Shown piece after piece: positions 17,412-27,904 of a stretch of 64,000 nucleotides of DNA. The position numbers were made by a program, and so were the translations under genes. The DNA lies in the NCBI GenBank assembly GCA_026134025.1, contig JAOQII010000003.1, forward strand, positions 16,166 through 80,165. The letters are read 5' to 3'. Numbering within the stretch: the first letter of the stretch is position 1; the number at the start of each line of letters is the position of its first letter. Source of the stretch: Candidatus Syntropharchaeum sp. GTDB taxonomy: Archaea; Halobacteriota; Syntropharchaeia; Syntropharchaeales; Syntropharchaeaceae. The notes under the pieces are model-generated. The model saw only the letters and a list, made by a program, of their open reading frames with translations, did no database searches and was not told the origin of the DNA.

Positions 17412-18773
17412 GTGTGTGGTATGAGCATGGATCTCAGAGCATTCTTAAACCCGGAGTCTGTCGCGGTTGTGGGCGCATCCCGAAATCCCAGGAGCTTTGG
17501 CTATCGCATCGTTAAAAATATGATAGATCTGGGATTTAAAGGATCAATCTATCCGATAAACCCAAAGGCAGCAAGAATCGCTGGTATCAGGGTTTACCAA
17601 TCCCTTTCCGATCTCCCAGAAATCCCTGAGCTTGTTGTTATCGCGTTACCGGGCGATCATGTGATCGATGCTCTTAAAGAATGCGAAGATGCAGGTGTCC
17701 AGAATGCGATCATAACAGCACCTGATGTTGCCGATAAACGAGAGATTACAATCTTTGCCAGAAAAGCGGGGATAAGAATACTTGGACCCAGTACAATCGG
17801 TCTTATAAACCTCAAAGATCACTTTGCAGCATCTGTTCTTCCTGTGCGAGACCTCAAGGTCAGTGGCATATCTTTCCTCGCCCAGAGTGGCGGTCTTTCA
17901 GGTGGTCTTGGCTGGTGGAGAGCTGATGGAATCGGATTTAACAAGATAATCTGTCTTGGTGATGGGTGTGATATCGACGAGATTGAAACACTAAAGGCAC
18001 TCGCTTCAGATCCCGCGACAGACGTGATCCTTGTATACCTCGATCCAAGAGAACCTGAATTCTTTAGAGAGCTTGAGAAAGTAGCCCTGAAGAAGCCTGT
18101 TGTATTCCTCGACCCCACCAAAAAAGTGGATCTTGAGGGCGTTATCGTTGTTAATAGATACTATGAGTTATTTGAGTTTGGAAAGATATTTGAGAGCGGT
18201 TTGAAGATGAATGGCAATCGAATAGGGGTTGTGAGTGTCTCTTCTGGAAGTATATCCGTTGTTCTTGAGTCGATGAAGCGAAACAACCTCGTACTTGCAA
18301 ACCTCTGCGAGGGTACTGTTAATCGGCTTCGAGAGGTTGCAAACCCATGGATAACTTCATTCAATCCGATGGATATCTGGCCACCTATCGAGTTATCTGG
18401 AGACGACGTTGGTCGCAGATACACGGAGTCTGCTGCGGCTTTGATGGATGATCCAGGGGTCGATGGGGTATTTGTAATACTTGAACTGATGGAGGAGATT
18501 GAGTTCGACCTTGAAGATATGTTTAAACCAATCGTAGAAAAACACCCGGATAAACCATTGATTCTTATATGCTGGCAGATCGAAGCTCCTGTACTTGAGA
18601 GGGTGAGACGTGAGCTTCTCGCGCTTGACATACCCTTCTACATAGATGAACTTGAACGACCCGCCGAGGTTTATGCCGCTGGATTGAAATACAGGAGGTG
18701 GAACGAAGAAATCATCTCGCAACCGCGATCTTTATCCCTGAAACCTCCAGTAGATCAACCCGTTCTCCCTTAG
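17412..18773 (+). CDS. Acyl-CoA synthetase (NDP-forming) alpha-subunit-like protein, apparently lacking the phospho-histidine loop
   Basis: CoA-binding Rossmann segment VAVVGASRNPRSFGY plus ligase-CoA domains; no HTGSM-type catalytic His motif, unlike the acdA at 50624. Confidence 0.65.
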   Translation: MCGMSMDLRAFLNPESVAVVGASRNPRSFGYRIVKNMIDLGFKGSIYPINPKAARIAGIRVYQSLSDLPEIPELVVIALPGDHVIDALKECEDAGVQNAIITAPDVADKREITIFARKAGIRILGPSTIGLINLKDHFAASVLPVRDLKVSGISFLAQSGGLSGGLGWWRADGIGFNKIICLGDGCDIDEIETLKALASDPATDVILVYLDPREPEFFRELEKVALKKPVVFLDPTKKVDLEGVIVVNRYYELFEFGKIFESGLKMNGNRIGVVSVSSGSISVVLESMKRNNLVLANLCEGTVNRLREVANPWITSFNPMDIWPPIELSGDDVGRRYTESAAALMDDPGVDGVFVILELMEEIEFDLEDMFKPIVEKHPDKPLILICWQIEAPVLERVRRELLALDIPFYIDELERPAEVYAAGLKYRRWNEEIISQPRSLSLKPPVDQPVLP

Positions 18774-21354
18774 ATTCAAAGGCGTATTCAATCTCGAACA
18801 TCGAATCGTCTATATGCATCCGATTCCCAGCAAGTTCGATCTCGACTTTACTCCCCTCTTCTACGAGTTTTTCAACCTCCACCGGGTCAAGTTCACGCAG
18901 TCGCTTTGAGATCTCACCAGCCTGTTTCTTGTAGATTGGACCGATTGCGTTCATCTTTGGTTTGATCGCAACCGCCTTCATGTTAAGTCTTGTTACAGAA
19001 CTTACAAGTTCAACCTCGCTCTTCAACGTACCTTTTATATCTTCAAGATCCAGAAGAAGATTTGTGTAGATCTCAATCTTTTTGAGAGGTGCATTCAGCG
19101 CGATCTTGTTATCCGACTTGTACCTCCTGACAGCCTCAACGATCTTTCTTATCACCTCTCCTTCCTCAAGTGATGCGTCATCGATCAGATCGTAATCAAC
19201 CTGGGGCCACGCTTTTGCATGCACGCTCCCCTTCTGCAGGTATGAGTGCATCTCCTCTGCAAAAAAAGGCATAAACGGTGCGATAAGCCTTGAGATTGTT
19301 TCCATAGTTGTATAGAGTGTATACAACGCAGAATTATGACCTTCAGATATATCTGAGTACAATCGTGACTTTACAAGTTCGATGTAGTCATCTGCAAGCG
19401 TATTCCAGGCAAAGGATCGTATATCTTTGATCGCTTCATCGAAGCTGTACGCATCCATCTTCGTTGTCACAGATCTGACAAGTGCGTTGAGTTTTGCAAG
19501 AAGCCATCTGTCGATTGCGAAAAGTTGTTGAGGTTTTTCGTATGGTGCCGCTTCTTTATCGATATGAATCAACGAAAATCGAAGGATACTCCAGAGCTTC
19601 TGGAGGAAACGGGAGGCTGCAACGACGTCCTTCCATCTAAACATCACATCAGACCCGGTCGATCCGCCGATTGCAGCCCACTGCCTGAACGCATCTGCAC
19701 CATATTTATCCAGCACTTCCTCAGGGGCTGTAATGTTATCTCGAGATTTACTCATCTTATGCCCATCCTCACCGAGCACCATCCCGTTTATAACGATCGT
19801 CTCCCATGGAATCGTATCTGTGAGTGCGATCGATCTCAAAATCGTATAAAACGCCCACGTACGGATAATATCGTGTCCCTGTGGCCTTAGTTGCGTTGGA
19901 AATATGAACTTATCCCCAAGCCAGCCCCCAACAGCAAGCGCAGAGATCGAACTATCCATCCAGGTATCAAGAACATCTGTCTCAGCTTCAAACTCAGTGG
20001 AACCACATGGACACGGTTCTTTTGGCAAATCAATCGTTGGATCAAGTGGTAACTCATCCTCCTTTGCTACAAGGGTCTTACCGCATTTTTTGCAGTACCA
20101 GACAGGGATCGGTGTCGAGAATAGACGTTGCCTTGAGATGCACCAGTCCCATTCCATCGACTCAACCCAGTTTTTGAGCCTTACAATCATGTAATCGGGA
20201 TGCCAGTCGATCTTCTCTGCCGCATCAAGGATCTTGTCATGCTCGATCTTGACAAACCACTGTCTTTCTGAGAGTATCTCAATCGGCGTCTTGCACCGCC
20301 AGCACAGTCCAACGTTCTGCTCAATCTCCTCTTCGCTGTATATCAGATCAAGTTCCTTGAGATCCCGTATTATAGCCCCTTTCATCTCGGCAATCCCCAA
20401 TCCAGCGTACCTGTCAGCGATCTCGGTCATCATACCATCCCGATCGATCGCTTTTCTAAGCGGCAGTGAGTGCTCCTTCCACCATCTAACATCCTGCTTA
20501 TCACCAAACGTACAGATCATAACAATTCCTGTACCAAATTCGGGATCAACCTCAGAATCGGCGATAACAGGGACATTGTAATTGAATATGGGTACTCCAA
20601 CTTCCTTGCCCACAAGATTCTTGAACCTCTCATCTTCAGGGTTGACAGCAACAGCGACACATGCAGGGATTAGCTCGGGTCGCGTGGTTGCGATATCAAT
20701 GCCTTCGAAGTGAATGTAGTTTAAAGAGGTTTTTCTTGCGTCATATTCAACTTCTGCGAATGCGATGGCGGTCTTGCACCTTGGACACCAGTTCACAGGA
20801 TGCTCTTCACGATATATCATGTCCTTTTCATACATACGAACGAACGAGATCTGTGTCTTTTTGTAGTAGTCTGGATCCATCGTGATGTACTCATTTGACC
20901 AGTCGATCGAGAGCCCCAGTGCTTTCATCGTCTCTCGCATGCGTTCGATATTCGATGATGTCAAGTTGCAGCATAAATCTCTAAACTTACCCCTATCAAG
21001 TTCACTTTTTGTGATTCCATGCGTCTCCTCTACTTTAACCTCTGTGGGAAGTCCATGGCAGTCCCAACCTTGCGGAAACATAACATTATAACCCTGCATG
21101 CGTTTATATCTCGCTATAAAATCGATATAACACCAGTTGAGTGCGTTTCCTATATGAAAACTTCCTGTTGGGTATGGTGGCGGTGTATCAATGATATAAG
21201 GAAGTTTATCAGATTCCCAATTAAAGTAATAAAGACTATCATCCCATTTATCAATCAAATTCGCCTCTACACGCTTATGATCGTACTCTTTGGCTATCTC
21301 CTGCACAGAACCACTCCTATAAATGATCATTGAGCAATTATTAAGGATATTCAT
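18712..21354 (-). CDS. valS: Valyl-tRNA synthetase (class I)
   Basis: HIGN (HIGH variant), KMSKS (HKMSKSRDN), DWCISRQR editing/CP1 block; 880 aa is typical of archaeal ValRS. Confidence 0.7.
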   Translation of the reverse strand: MNILNNCSMIIYRSGSVQEIAKEYDHKRVEANLIDKWDDSLYYFNWESDKLPYIIDTPPPYPTGSFHIGNALNWCYIDFIARYKRMQGYNVMFPQGWDCHGLPTEVKVEETHGITKSELDRGKFRDLCCNLTSSNIERMRETMKALGLSIDWSNEYITMDPDYYKKTQISFVRMYEKDMIYREEHPVNWCPRCKTAIAFAEVEYDARKTSLNYIHFEGIDIATTRPELIPACVAVAVNPEDERFKNLVGKEVGVPIFNYNVPVIADSEVDPEFGTGIVMICTFGDKQDVRWWKEHSLPLRKAIDRDGMMTEIADRYAGLGIAEMKGAIIRDLKELDLIYSEEEIEQNVGLCWRCKTPIEILSERQWFVKIEHDKILDAAEKIDWHPDYMIVRLKNWVESMEWDWCISRQRLFSTPIPVWYCKKCGKTLVAKEDELPLDPTIDLPKEPCPCGSTEFEAETDVLDTWMDSSISALAVGGWLGDKFIFPTQLRPQGHDIIRTWAFYTILRSIALTDTIPWETIVINGMVLGEDGHKMSKSRDNITAPEEVLDKYGADAFRQWAAIGGSTGSDVMFRWKDVVAASRFLQKLWSILRFSLIHIDKEAAPYEKPQQLFAIDRWLLAKLNALVRSVTTKMDAYSFDEAIKDIRSFAWNTLADDYIELVKSRLYSDISEGHNSALYTLYTTMETISRLIAPFMPFFAEEMHSYLQKGSVHAKAWPQVDYDLIDDASLEEGEVIRKIVEAVRRYKSDNKIALNAPLKKIEIYTNLLLDLEDIKGTLKSEVELVSSVTRLNMKAVAIKPKMNAIGPIYKKQAGEISKRLRELDPVEVEKLVEEGSKVEIELAGNRMHIDDSMFEIEYAFESKGERVDLLEVSGIKIAVAR

Positions 21355-21431
21355 CTTTGGTGGTATATAAAGAATTCCAATAAGATCGTACCAAAGGTTT
21401 GAACTTGGTTCTTGAAATTTCTCCTTAAAAC

Positions 21432-21863
21432 CTAAGGGTTCGCACCTGCTGGAGGATTAAACTCATCTATACACGCTTTAATAAGACGTACCGCTTCTTT
21501 TATGTCCTCCTCTTTTGTATGAGTTATTTTGTTTGCTACTTCCTCTCTATCAGCCAGGCGGAATATAATCTCCCGATCTGGCTCTATCTGGAGGAATCTC
21601 CTGATAAATTCCCTTGCGCACTGGTACTGGCACCCATCGATCGTTACAACCTTCTGCTTACCAAGCTTCTTCTTGAATCCCTGGGCATTTCCATCGATGA
21701 ACGCCCTTGTAAGCTCGACGATCCCCATGGTCTCACTGATATCAGGGTAGATCTCTTCAGAGATGATACCAGATGCCATCCTTACCGCCTCTCCCGGAAT
21801 ATTAAAGCCTGAACAGGGAAAGAGGCAGATCGGTTTGACCTTCTTGCTTCTACGTTCAGCCAT
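21432..21863 (-). CDS. DGC-domain-like Cys-containing small protein
   Basis: TIDGCQYQCA contains the name-giving DGC motif; likely start at MAERR (21863) inside the longer ORF. Confidence 0.4.
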   Translation of the reverse strand: MAERRSKKVKPICLFPCSGFNIPGEAVRMASGIISEEIYPDISETMGIVELTRAFIDGNAQGFKKKLGKQKVVTIDGCQYQCAREFIRRFLQIEPDREIIFRLADREEVANKITHTKEEDIKEAVRLIKACIDEFNPPAGANP

Positions 21864-21982
21864 AGATATCCTCCTTGCTTTGCACTTCACCCCGTGATCG
21901 CAATGTATAAGACTTTTGCTAAACAGATAGTTAAATATATATTCAAGCAGGAGATAAGAGGGACTGCTATTGGAGGCAAGAG

Positions 21983-22417
21983 ATGACGACAGTCTATGAT
22001 GTACCACCAGATGCACTAATCAAAAAGCTCGTAGGGAAGCTGAAAAAGAACAAAGCCATCACCGTACCCACATGGGGAAAATATGTGAAGACAGGTGTTA
22101 ACCGTGAGATGCCGCCCGTGGATGACGACTGGTGGTTTGTCAGGTGCTCATCAATCCTGAGGCGGGTCTATATCGATGGACCTGTTGGCACAGCACGTCT
22201 TGGAACTTTCTATGGAGGGAGGCACAGACGGGGTCTAAAAACGGAACACTTCAAGAAAGGGAGCGGATCAGTCATAAGAAAAGCACTTCAGCAGCTTGAA
22301 AATGCAGGATACGTTAAAAAAATGAACAAAGGTAGGATAATAACTTCCAGAGGTAGATCCTTACTTGATAACACTGCATTTGAGGTTGAAAAAGAGCTTG
22401 AAACATCTGAATCCTGA
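21983..22417 (+). CDS. rps19e: 30S ribosomal protein S19e
   Basis: VYDVPPDALIKKLV...VPTWGKYVKTG...WWFVRCSSILRRVY signature. Confidence 0.9.
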   Translation: MTTVYDVPPDALIKKLVGKLKKNKAITVPTWGKYVKTGVNREMPPVDDDWWFVRCSSILRRVYIDGPVGTARLGTFYGGRHRRGLKTEHFKKGSGSVIRKALQQLENAGYVKKMNKGRIITSRGRSLLDNTAFEVEKELETSES

Positions 22418-22431
22418 TTGGAGGTTGTAAA

Positions 22432-22761
22432 ATGGCTGATGATGAACTGGAACTTCTCAGGCAGAAACGGATGCAGGAGCTTGCACAGCAGCAGGCTGCG
22501 GTGACACAGGAAGAAGAGGCAAAAAAAGAGTTTGAATCGAAGAAACAGGCGATATTGAGGCAAATTTTAACCCCAGAAGCACGTGAACGATTGAATAGCT
22601 TGAGGATGGCAAAACCTGAGTTTGTAGAACAGGTTGAGTTACAACTGATCGCACTTGCGCAATCAGGGAGGTTAAAATCTTCTATATCCGATGAACAGCT
22701 CAAATCAATTCTTTTGCAGCTCACACCAAAGAAGCGAGAGATTAACATAACGCGAAGATGA
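22432..22761 (+). CDS. PDCD5/TFAR19-like dsDNA-binding protein
   Basis: ELLRQKRMQELAQQQ...EARERLNSL...LSQLIALAQSGRL pattern typical of the archaeal PDCD5 homolog. Confidence 0.7.
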   Translation: MADDELELLRQKRMQELAQQQAAVTQEEEAKKEFESKKQAILRQILTPEARERLNSLRMAKPEFVEQVELQLIALAQSGRLKSSISDEQLKSILLQLTPKKREINITRR

Positions 22762-22780
22762 ATATAAATGATGATAGAAG

Positions 22781-24031
22781 ATGGTTGAAGAATTTGATCG
22801 GTATGAGTTCAAGAAGAAACTCGAAGAACTGAGAGAGAAATCAGGAAGAGGAACAGAGCTTGTAACCGTATATATTCCTCCCGAGAAGCAGATCTCGGAT
22901 GTTACCTCACAGTTGAGGGATGAACACGGGCAGGCATCAAATATAAAGAGCAAATCAACACGTACAAACGTCCAGAGCGCTCTCGATTCGATACTCTCGC
23001 GCCTTAGATACATCAAGCGCCCACCGGAGAATGGTATCGCTATATTTTGTGGTGCAATTGATATCGGCGGCGACAAGACCAACCTCGATACAACAATAAT
23101 CATTCCACCTGAACCGATACGATCCTATCGCTATCACTGCGATTCTAGTTTTCTTTTAGAGCCACTGGAAGAGATCCTGGAAGATAAAAAAACTTATGGA
23201 CTCATTGTTTTAGATAAAAGAGAAGCTACGATCGGAGTTCTCAAAGGAAAGACGATAAGTGCCCTGAAACATACAACATCGACCGTTCCTGGTAAGACCA
23301 GACGGGGGGGGCAGTCTGCACAGCGTTTCAGCCGTTTGAGAGAGATCGCAATCCATGAATTTTATACGAGGATAGGTGAACATGCGAACGAGGTTTTTCT
23401 TGCGATACCAAGGGAGGAACTTATTGGGATCCTGATCGGCGGACCAAGCCCCACGAAAGAGGAATTTATCAAGGGGGAGTTTCTACATCACGAGCTGAGG
23501 CGAAAGGTTCTTGATATCTTCGATGTTTCCTACACAGACGAGTCTGGACTCTATGAGCTTCTTGACGCGGCGAAAGGGACGCTTGAGGGGATTGAGTTGA
23601 TGAAGGAGAAGAAGGTGATGGATCGTTTCATGAAGCTACTCGTCAACGATGAAAAACTGACAGCTTATGGAGAAGATGAGGTCAGAACCGCGCTTGACGC
23701 AGGCGCATGCGAGGTGCTGATACTCTCAGAGGAGTTGAATAAGGTCAGAGCGACGTTTGAATGCGAAGCTTGTGGATATAACTTTGAGAAGAGTTACAAT
23801 CTTATTCCTGGCATGAGTACAGATGAGATAGGAAAGGGTTTAACCTGCCCGAATTGTAAGAGCAATTTAAAAGTGACAGATCTTGTGGATGTCGTCTTTG
23901 AGCTATCTGGGATTGCAAAGGATCGGGGAACAGAGGTTGCGATCATTTCGACAGACTTTGAGGAGGGTGGACAGCTTTTTAGGGCGTTTGGCGGGGTTGC
24001 TGCAATATTAAGATATAGAAGTGGGTTTTAA
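22781..24031 (+). CDS. prf1: Peptide chain release factor aRF1
   Basis: NIKS motif (ASNIKSKSTR), GGQ motif (RGGQSAQRF), C-terminal Zn-knuckle insert. Confidence 0.9.
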   Translation: MVEEFDRYEFKKKLEELREKSGRGTELVTVYIPPEKQISDVTSQLRDEHGQASNIKSKSTRTNVQSALDSILSRLRYIKRPPENGIAIFCGAIDIGGDKTNLDTTIIIPPEPIRSYRYHCDSSFLLEPLEEILEDKKTYGLIVLDKREATIGVLKGKTISALKHTTSTVPGKTRRGGQSAQRFSRLREIAIHEFYTRIGEHANEVFLAIPREELIGILIGGPSPTKEEFIKGEFLHHELRRKVLDIFDVSYTDESGLYELLDAAKGTLEGIELMKEKKVMDRFMKLLVNDEKLTAYGEDEVRTALDAGACEVLILSEELNKVRATFECEACGYNFEKSYNLIPGMSTDEIGKGLTCPNCKSNLKVTDLVDVVFELSGIAKDRGTEVAIISTDFEEGGQLFRAFGGVAAILRYRSGF

Positions 24032-24602
24032 CGTGAGAACTCTTCTTTTCATAACCCGAAATGAAGGAAAGGTGCGCGAACTCGAAGAACTTGGAAGAGC
24101 CCATGATATCGTAATAAAGCAGGTGGGATATGACTACCCTGAAGTGCAGGCAGATACGCTCGAAGAGGTTGCACGATGGGGCGCGCTTCACGCGATCGAG
24201 ATCTTCAAGCGGACATTTATCATCGAGGATTCTGGGCTCTTTGTCGAGAGTCTGGATGGATTTCCAGGTCCCTATTCGGCTTACGTCTATAAAACACTGG
24301 GAAATAAAGGTATATTGAAGCTTATGTCCCGTATTAAAAATAGGAGAGCCATATTCAAATCTGTAATTGCATTATGCGAACCTTCCCATGAACCTGTGAT
24401 ATTTACAGGATCTGTGGAGGGTGAGATCGCAAAGAAAGCGATGGGAAAGGAAGGATTCGGATTTGATCCGATCTTTCTTTACGACGATAAAACCTTTGGC
24501 GAGATGAGAAGGGATGAAAAGAACATGGTATCACACAGAAGAGCAGCAATGCTTAAGCTGATCAGGTGGATCGTGGAGCATAAGGATGTTTATACAATTT
24601 AA
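24021..24602 (+). CDS. Non-canonical purine NTP pyrophosphatase (Ham1/RdgB family)
   Basis: FITRNEGKVRE, EDSGLFV, GFGFDPIF motifs. Confidence 0.85.
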   Translation: MGFNVRTLLFITRNEGKVRELEELGRAHDIVIKQVGYDYPEVQADTLEEVARWGALHAIEIFKRTFIIEDSGLFVESLDGFPGPYSAYVYKTLGNKGILKLMSRIKNRRAIFKSVIALCEPSHEPVIFTGSVEGEIAKKAMGKEGFGFDPIFLYDDKTFGEMRRDEKNMVSHRRAAMLKLIRWIVEHKDVYTI

Positions 24603-26280
24603 GCGCGAAGTTGAGGCGACACTCAAAAAAGCGATAGAAGATGCGGGTTTCACGGTAGATGATCTCGAGCTTGGAATTTCTCCGTTTGCAGATTTAGCTT
24701 CAACCGTCTGCTACAGGATCGCCTCCGCCTATAAGATCGCACCAGGTAAGGCAGCAACAGAGATCGTTGAAAGAATAAATCTTGCCAGAGAGAAGTTTAT
24801 AGCGGCTGTCAAGGCTTCAGGTCCATACATAAATTTTTACGCATCCAATCATTTCCTCACAACAACGCTTCGTTCCATCCTCGAAGGTAATCTCGGATTT
24901 GATACAAAAGAAGGGCTTGTAATCCTTGAACACACATCTGCAAACCCTGACGGACCACTTCACATCGGACACATCAGAAATACGGTGATCGGGGATACAC
25001 TTGCGAGAATCCTGCGCCGTGCAGGCTGGCAGGTCGAGGTGGAGTATTATGTGAATGATATGGGGCGGCAGGCCGCGATGGTCGTTTTTGGTCTGAATCA
25101 CTTCGAGCTTGATAGGTCAAAGAAACTCGATCATGCGATCGCAGATGTTTATATAAAGGCTAACCGGCTGATAGAAGAGGAGCCTCAGCTTAAATCAGAA
25201 GTCGACGAGCTTATAAAACTCAACGAGGCGGGTGATGAAGCGGTTGTATCCAGGTTCAGGGAAGCTGTGAGCTTATCCCTTGAGGGAACCAGGCGTTCAC
25301 TCGCAAGGCTTGGCGTTGATCACGATCTATTCGTCTGGGAGAGCGATTTTGTAAGATCGGGCGAGGTTTTAAGGGTTATATCTGAGATAAAGGCGTGTGA
25401 ATCGATCAGCGTCTTTGAGAAGGAGGGCGCACTCATGATCGATCTTAAGGGTGCAGGGTTTGATAAGGAGTTTGTCATCTCCAGATCTGATGGAACATCG
25501 ATCTACGCGACAAGGGATCTTGCATACCATCGCTGGAAGGCGGAACGTGGAGATCGAGTTGTTGATATCTTTGGTGCGGATCATAAACTTATATCAAGCC
25601 AGCTGTCATTTATTCTTGGATCTTTAGGGGTTAAGAAGCCTGAAATTGTCATCTTTGAGTTTGTATCACTTCCTGAAGGTTCGATGAGCACAAGAGAGGG
25701 TAAGTTCATAAGTGCCGATGAACTGATCGATGAGGTTGAGAAACGGGCGCTGGCTGAGGTTGAGAAACGTCGGGATGACCTATCAGCCGAAAAACGCGCC
25801 GAAATCGCGCGTGCCGTTGCAAGGGGTGCTATAAGATATGATATCGTCAAGGTTGCAGCAGAGAAGCCCACGATCTTTGATTGGGGGAGTGCGCTCGACT
25901 TTGAGAAGCAGAGCGCCCCATACATCCAGTACGCACATGCCCGCTGCTGTAGTATCCTGAGGCGGGCTGATCTAACAGAAGGTACCATTGATCTGACCTC
26001 GATCGATCTACTAAAAGCTGATCAGGAGGTCAAGCTCATAAAGATGCTATCAAAGTTCTCGTACCTGATCGAGGATGCCGCCAGTTCGCTCAAGCCAAAC
26101 CTGCTTGCGACTTATGCAAAAGACCTTGTTGAGAGCTTCAATATGTTCTACCGGGATTGTTCTGTGCTTAATGCTGAACCCAAACTCAGAAGTGCGAGAC
26201 TTGCACTGGTCGAGGCAACCAGGATCATTTTATCTGAAACACTTGAAACACTTGGTATTGATGCGTTAGAGGAGATGTAA
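24586..26280 (+). CDS. argS: Arginyl-tRNA synthetase
   Basis: HTSANPDGPLHIGHIRN (HIGH); anticodon-binding DALR C-terminal domain. Confidence 0.9.
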   Translation: MFIQFKREVEATLKKAIEDAGFTVDDLELGISPFADLASTVCYRIASAYKIAPGKAATEIVERINLAREKFIAAVKASGPYINFYASNHFLTTTLRSILEGNLGFDTKEGLVILEHTSANPDGPLHIGHIRNTVIGDTLARILRRAGWQVEVEYYVNDMGRQAAMVVFGLNHFELDRSKKLDHAIADVYIKANRLIEEEPQLKSEVDELIKLNEAGDEAVVSRFREAVSLSLEGTRRSLARLGVDHDLFVWESDFVRSGEVLRVISEIKACESISVFEKEGALMIDLKGAGFDKEFVISRSDGTSIYATRDLAYHRWKAERGDRVVDIFGADHKLISSQLSFILGSLGVKKPEIVIFEFVSLPEGSMSTREGKFISADELIDEVEKRALAEVEKRRDDLSAEKRAEIARAVARGAIRYDIVKVAAEKPTIFDWGSALDFEKQSAPYIQYAHARCCSILRRADLTEGTIDLTSIDLLKADQEVKLIKMLSKFSYLIEDAASSLKPNLLATYAKDLVESFNMFYRDCSVLNAEPKLRSARLALVEATRIILSETLETLGIDALEEM

Positions 26281-26294
26281 AGGAGGAAAAGTCT

Positions 26295-27194
26295 GTGATT
26301 GAAGAGATAGTTGAGGAGATAAAACTTAAGCTTGAAAGAAACGGGATTGAGGTAGAAGCGTTCGAGATCGAGAGCCGATTGCGGTTATTGATGGATGATT
26401 ACGGCGTTTCAGCGGATGAAGCCAAGAGAAGCGTTGCAAACTACTTTATGAAGGATATTCAGGATAATAAGCGAGATAAAACATCCGAACTGGTACGTAT
26501 AAAAGATATAAAACAGGAAAATCAGTGGGTCACGATCAAAGGGAAGGTATTGACGCTGTGGGAGAGTCGACACGAGGCTATTTCACAGATAGGACTGATA
26601 GGGGATGAGGGAGGCGTAATAAAATTCACAAAGTGGAAGAGCTCTAACCTGCCAGATCTGGATATCGATAAGGTCTACACGATCGAAAATGCGGTGACCG
26701 ATGTCTGGCAGGGCAGGTACAACATAAAACTCAACCGTAACACAACGATCATTGAGATGGACGAAGATCTCGAGGTGATGTCAGAAATTGTAAGCTACAG
26801 GGGGATATTTGTCAAGATACACGATGGAAGTGGCGTTATTTATCGCTGTGTCAAATGCAACCGTAGCGTCGTCGACGGCGAATGCCAGGAGCACGGATTT
26901 GTTGAAACCAAGCCCGATCTTCGGATAAAATCTGTGATGGACGATGGACGGTCTGTACAGGATGTCCTGATCCGCCGTGAGATGACAGAGAAGCTTGTAG
27001 GTGCAGATCTTAATCAGATATTAAGCGAGGATATCGACGTGCTTCACAGGGTCGAGGATGTTTTGATTGGGAGATATTTCGTTGCAGAGGGGCGAGAGGT
27101 TGGGCGATATCTCCTGGTGGACGGGCTTGAACCGATCAAAGAGGTCCCCTATGATGAGGTTGAGCAGTTGATCTATGAGGCAGAAGGGGTTTGA
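26295..27194 (+). CDS. Replication protein A-like ssDNA-binding protein (OB-fold plus zinc ribbon)
   Basis: OB-fold pattern VTIKGKVLTLWE...IGLIGDEGGVIKFTKW, a CVKCNRS...C Zn ribbon, and a second OB-like segment. Confidence 0.5.
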   Translation: MIEEIVEEIKLKLERNGIEVEAFEIESRLRLLMDDYGVSADEAKRSVANYFMKDIQDNKRDKTSELVRIKDIKQENQWVTIKGKVLTLWESRHEAISQIGLIGDEGGVIKFTKWKSSNLPDLDIDKVYTIENAVTDVWQGRYNIKLNRNTTIIEMDEDLEVMSEIVSYRGIFVKIHDGSGVIYRCVKCNRSVVDGECQEHGFVETKPDLRIKSVMDDGRSVQDVLIRREMTEKLVGADLNQILSEDIDVLHRVEDVLIGRYFVAEGREVGRYLLVDGLEPIKEVPYDEVEQLIYEAEGV

Positions 27195-27784
27195 AAGATA
27201 TAACTGAGATCAACGGGATCAAAGCAGATATTTACGGAGAAGTAGCAGAAGATCTTCCTGCAGTCGTTCTCTGCCCGCCCCATCCGCTTTATGGTGGATC
27301 AAGACGTGATTACAGGCTCTGTGAGATTGCAGATACGCTCTCATCACGTGGGATTACCGCAATATCGATCGACTACAGCAGATATGATCGAGGTATGAGG
27401 GAGATTGAGGATGTTGTAGGCGTCATCGAATATTTAGATGGGAAAACAGGGTGGATAGGGCTTCTTGGATACTCTTATGGGGCTGTTGTCGCGTCAAACG
27501 CGGCATCCAGAACGGACGTCCCACTCAGGGGCTTTGTTGCACTCTCGATACTCGATTCAATAGACGATATAAGAGCTGATTTTAACTTTGATGCTCCAAA
27601 ATTCTTTATACACGGGAGATATGATGATGTGGCGCCTTTCTCAAATTTTGAGATACTGTACAGGAAGATTGATGGTGAAAAATCTTTGCTGATACTTGAT
27701 ACCGATCACTTCTACACTGGCATGGGCGTGGTCGAAGAAATCTCTCGCGCTGTCGCTGCGTTTTTTAAGGGTTTGTGTGAATAG
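27191..27784 (+). CDS. Alpha/beta hydrolase (dienelactone-hydrolase-like)
   Basis: Nucleophile elbow GYSYG; His near the C-terminus (DTDHFY). Confidence 0.6.
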   Translation: MKDITEINGIKADIYGEVAEDLPAVVLCPPHPLYGGSRRDYRLCEIADTLSSRGITAISIDYSRYDRGMREIEDVVGVIEYLDGKTGWIGLLGYSYGAVVASNAASRTDVPLRGFVALSILDSIDDIRADFNFDAPKFFIHGRYDDVAPFSNFEILYRKIDGEKSLLILDTDHFYTGMGVVEEISRAVAAFFKGLCE

Positions 27785-27904
27785 GTTGTATCATTTTTCT
27801 CAAGAGAATTTTGAAAAACCTCTGTTCGAAGAGATTTATATCGCCTCTTCTCTTATATCAGAATCTTCGCCAGAATCGCCTATTTGCCCATCCTGGGTGT
27901 TAAG

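Noticed and set aside
18161-18631. 156-aa minus-strand ORF rich in Ser/Ile
   Set aside because: Antisense to the acd-like gene. It is low complexity and overlaps the valS 3' region only through a separate frame.
21355-21431. tatataaa element (21364-21371) as the valS promoter
   Set aside because: It is only about 10 nt from the annotated valS ATG at 21354, too close for a TATA box. It is not called as a feature because the true valS start is ambiguous (a second Met lies at 21330).
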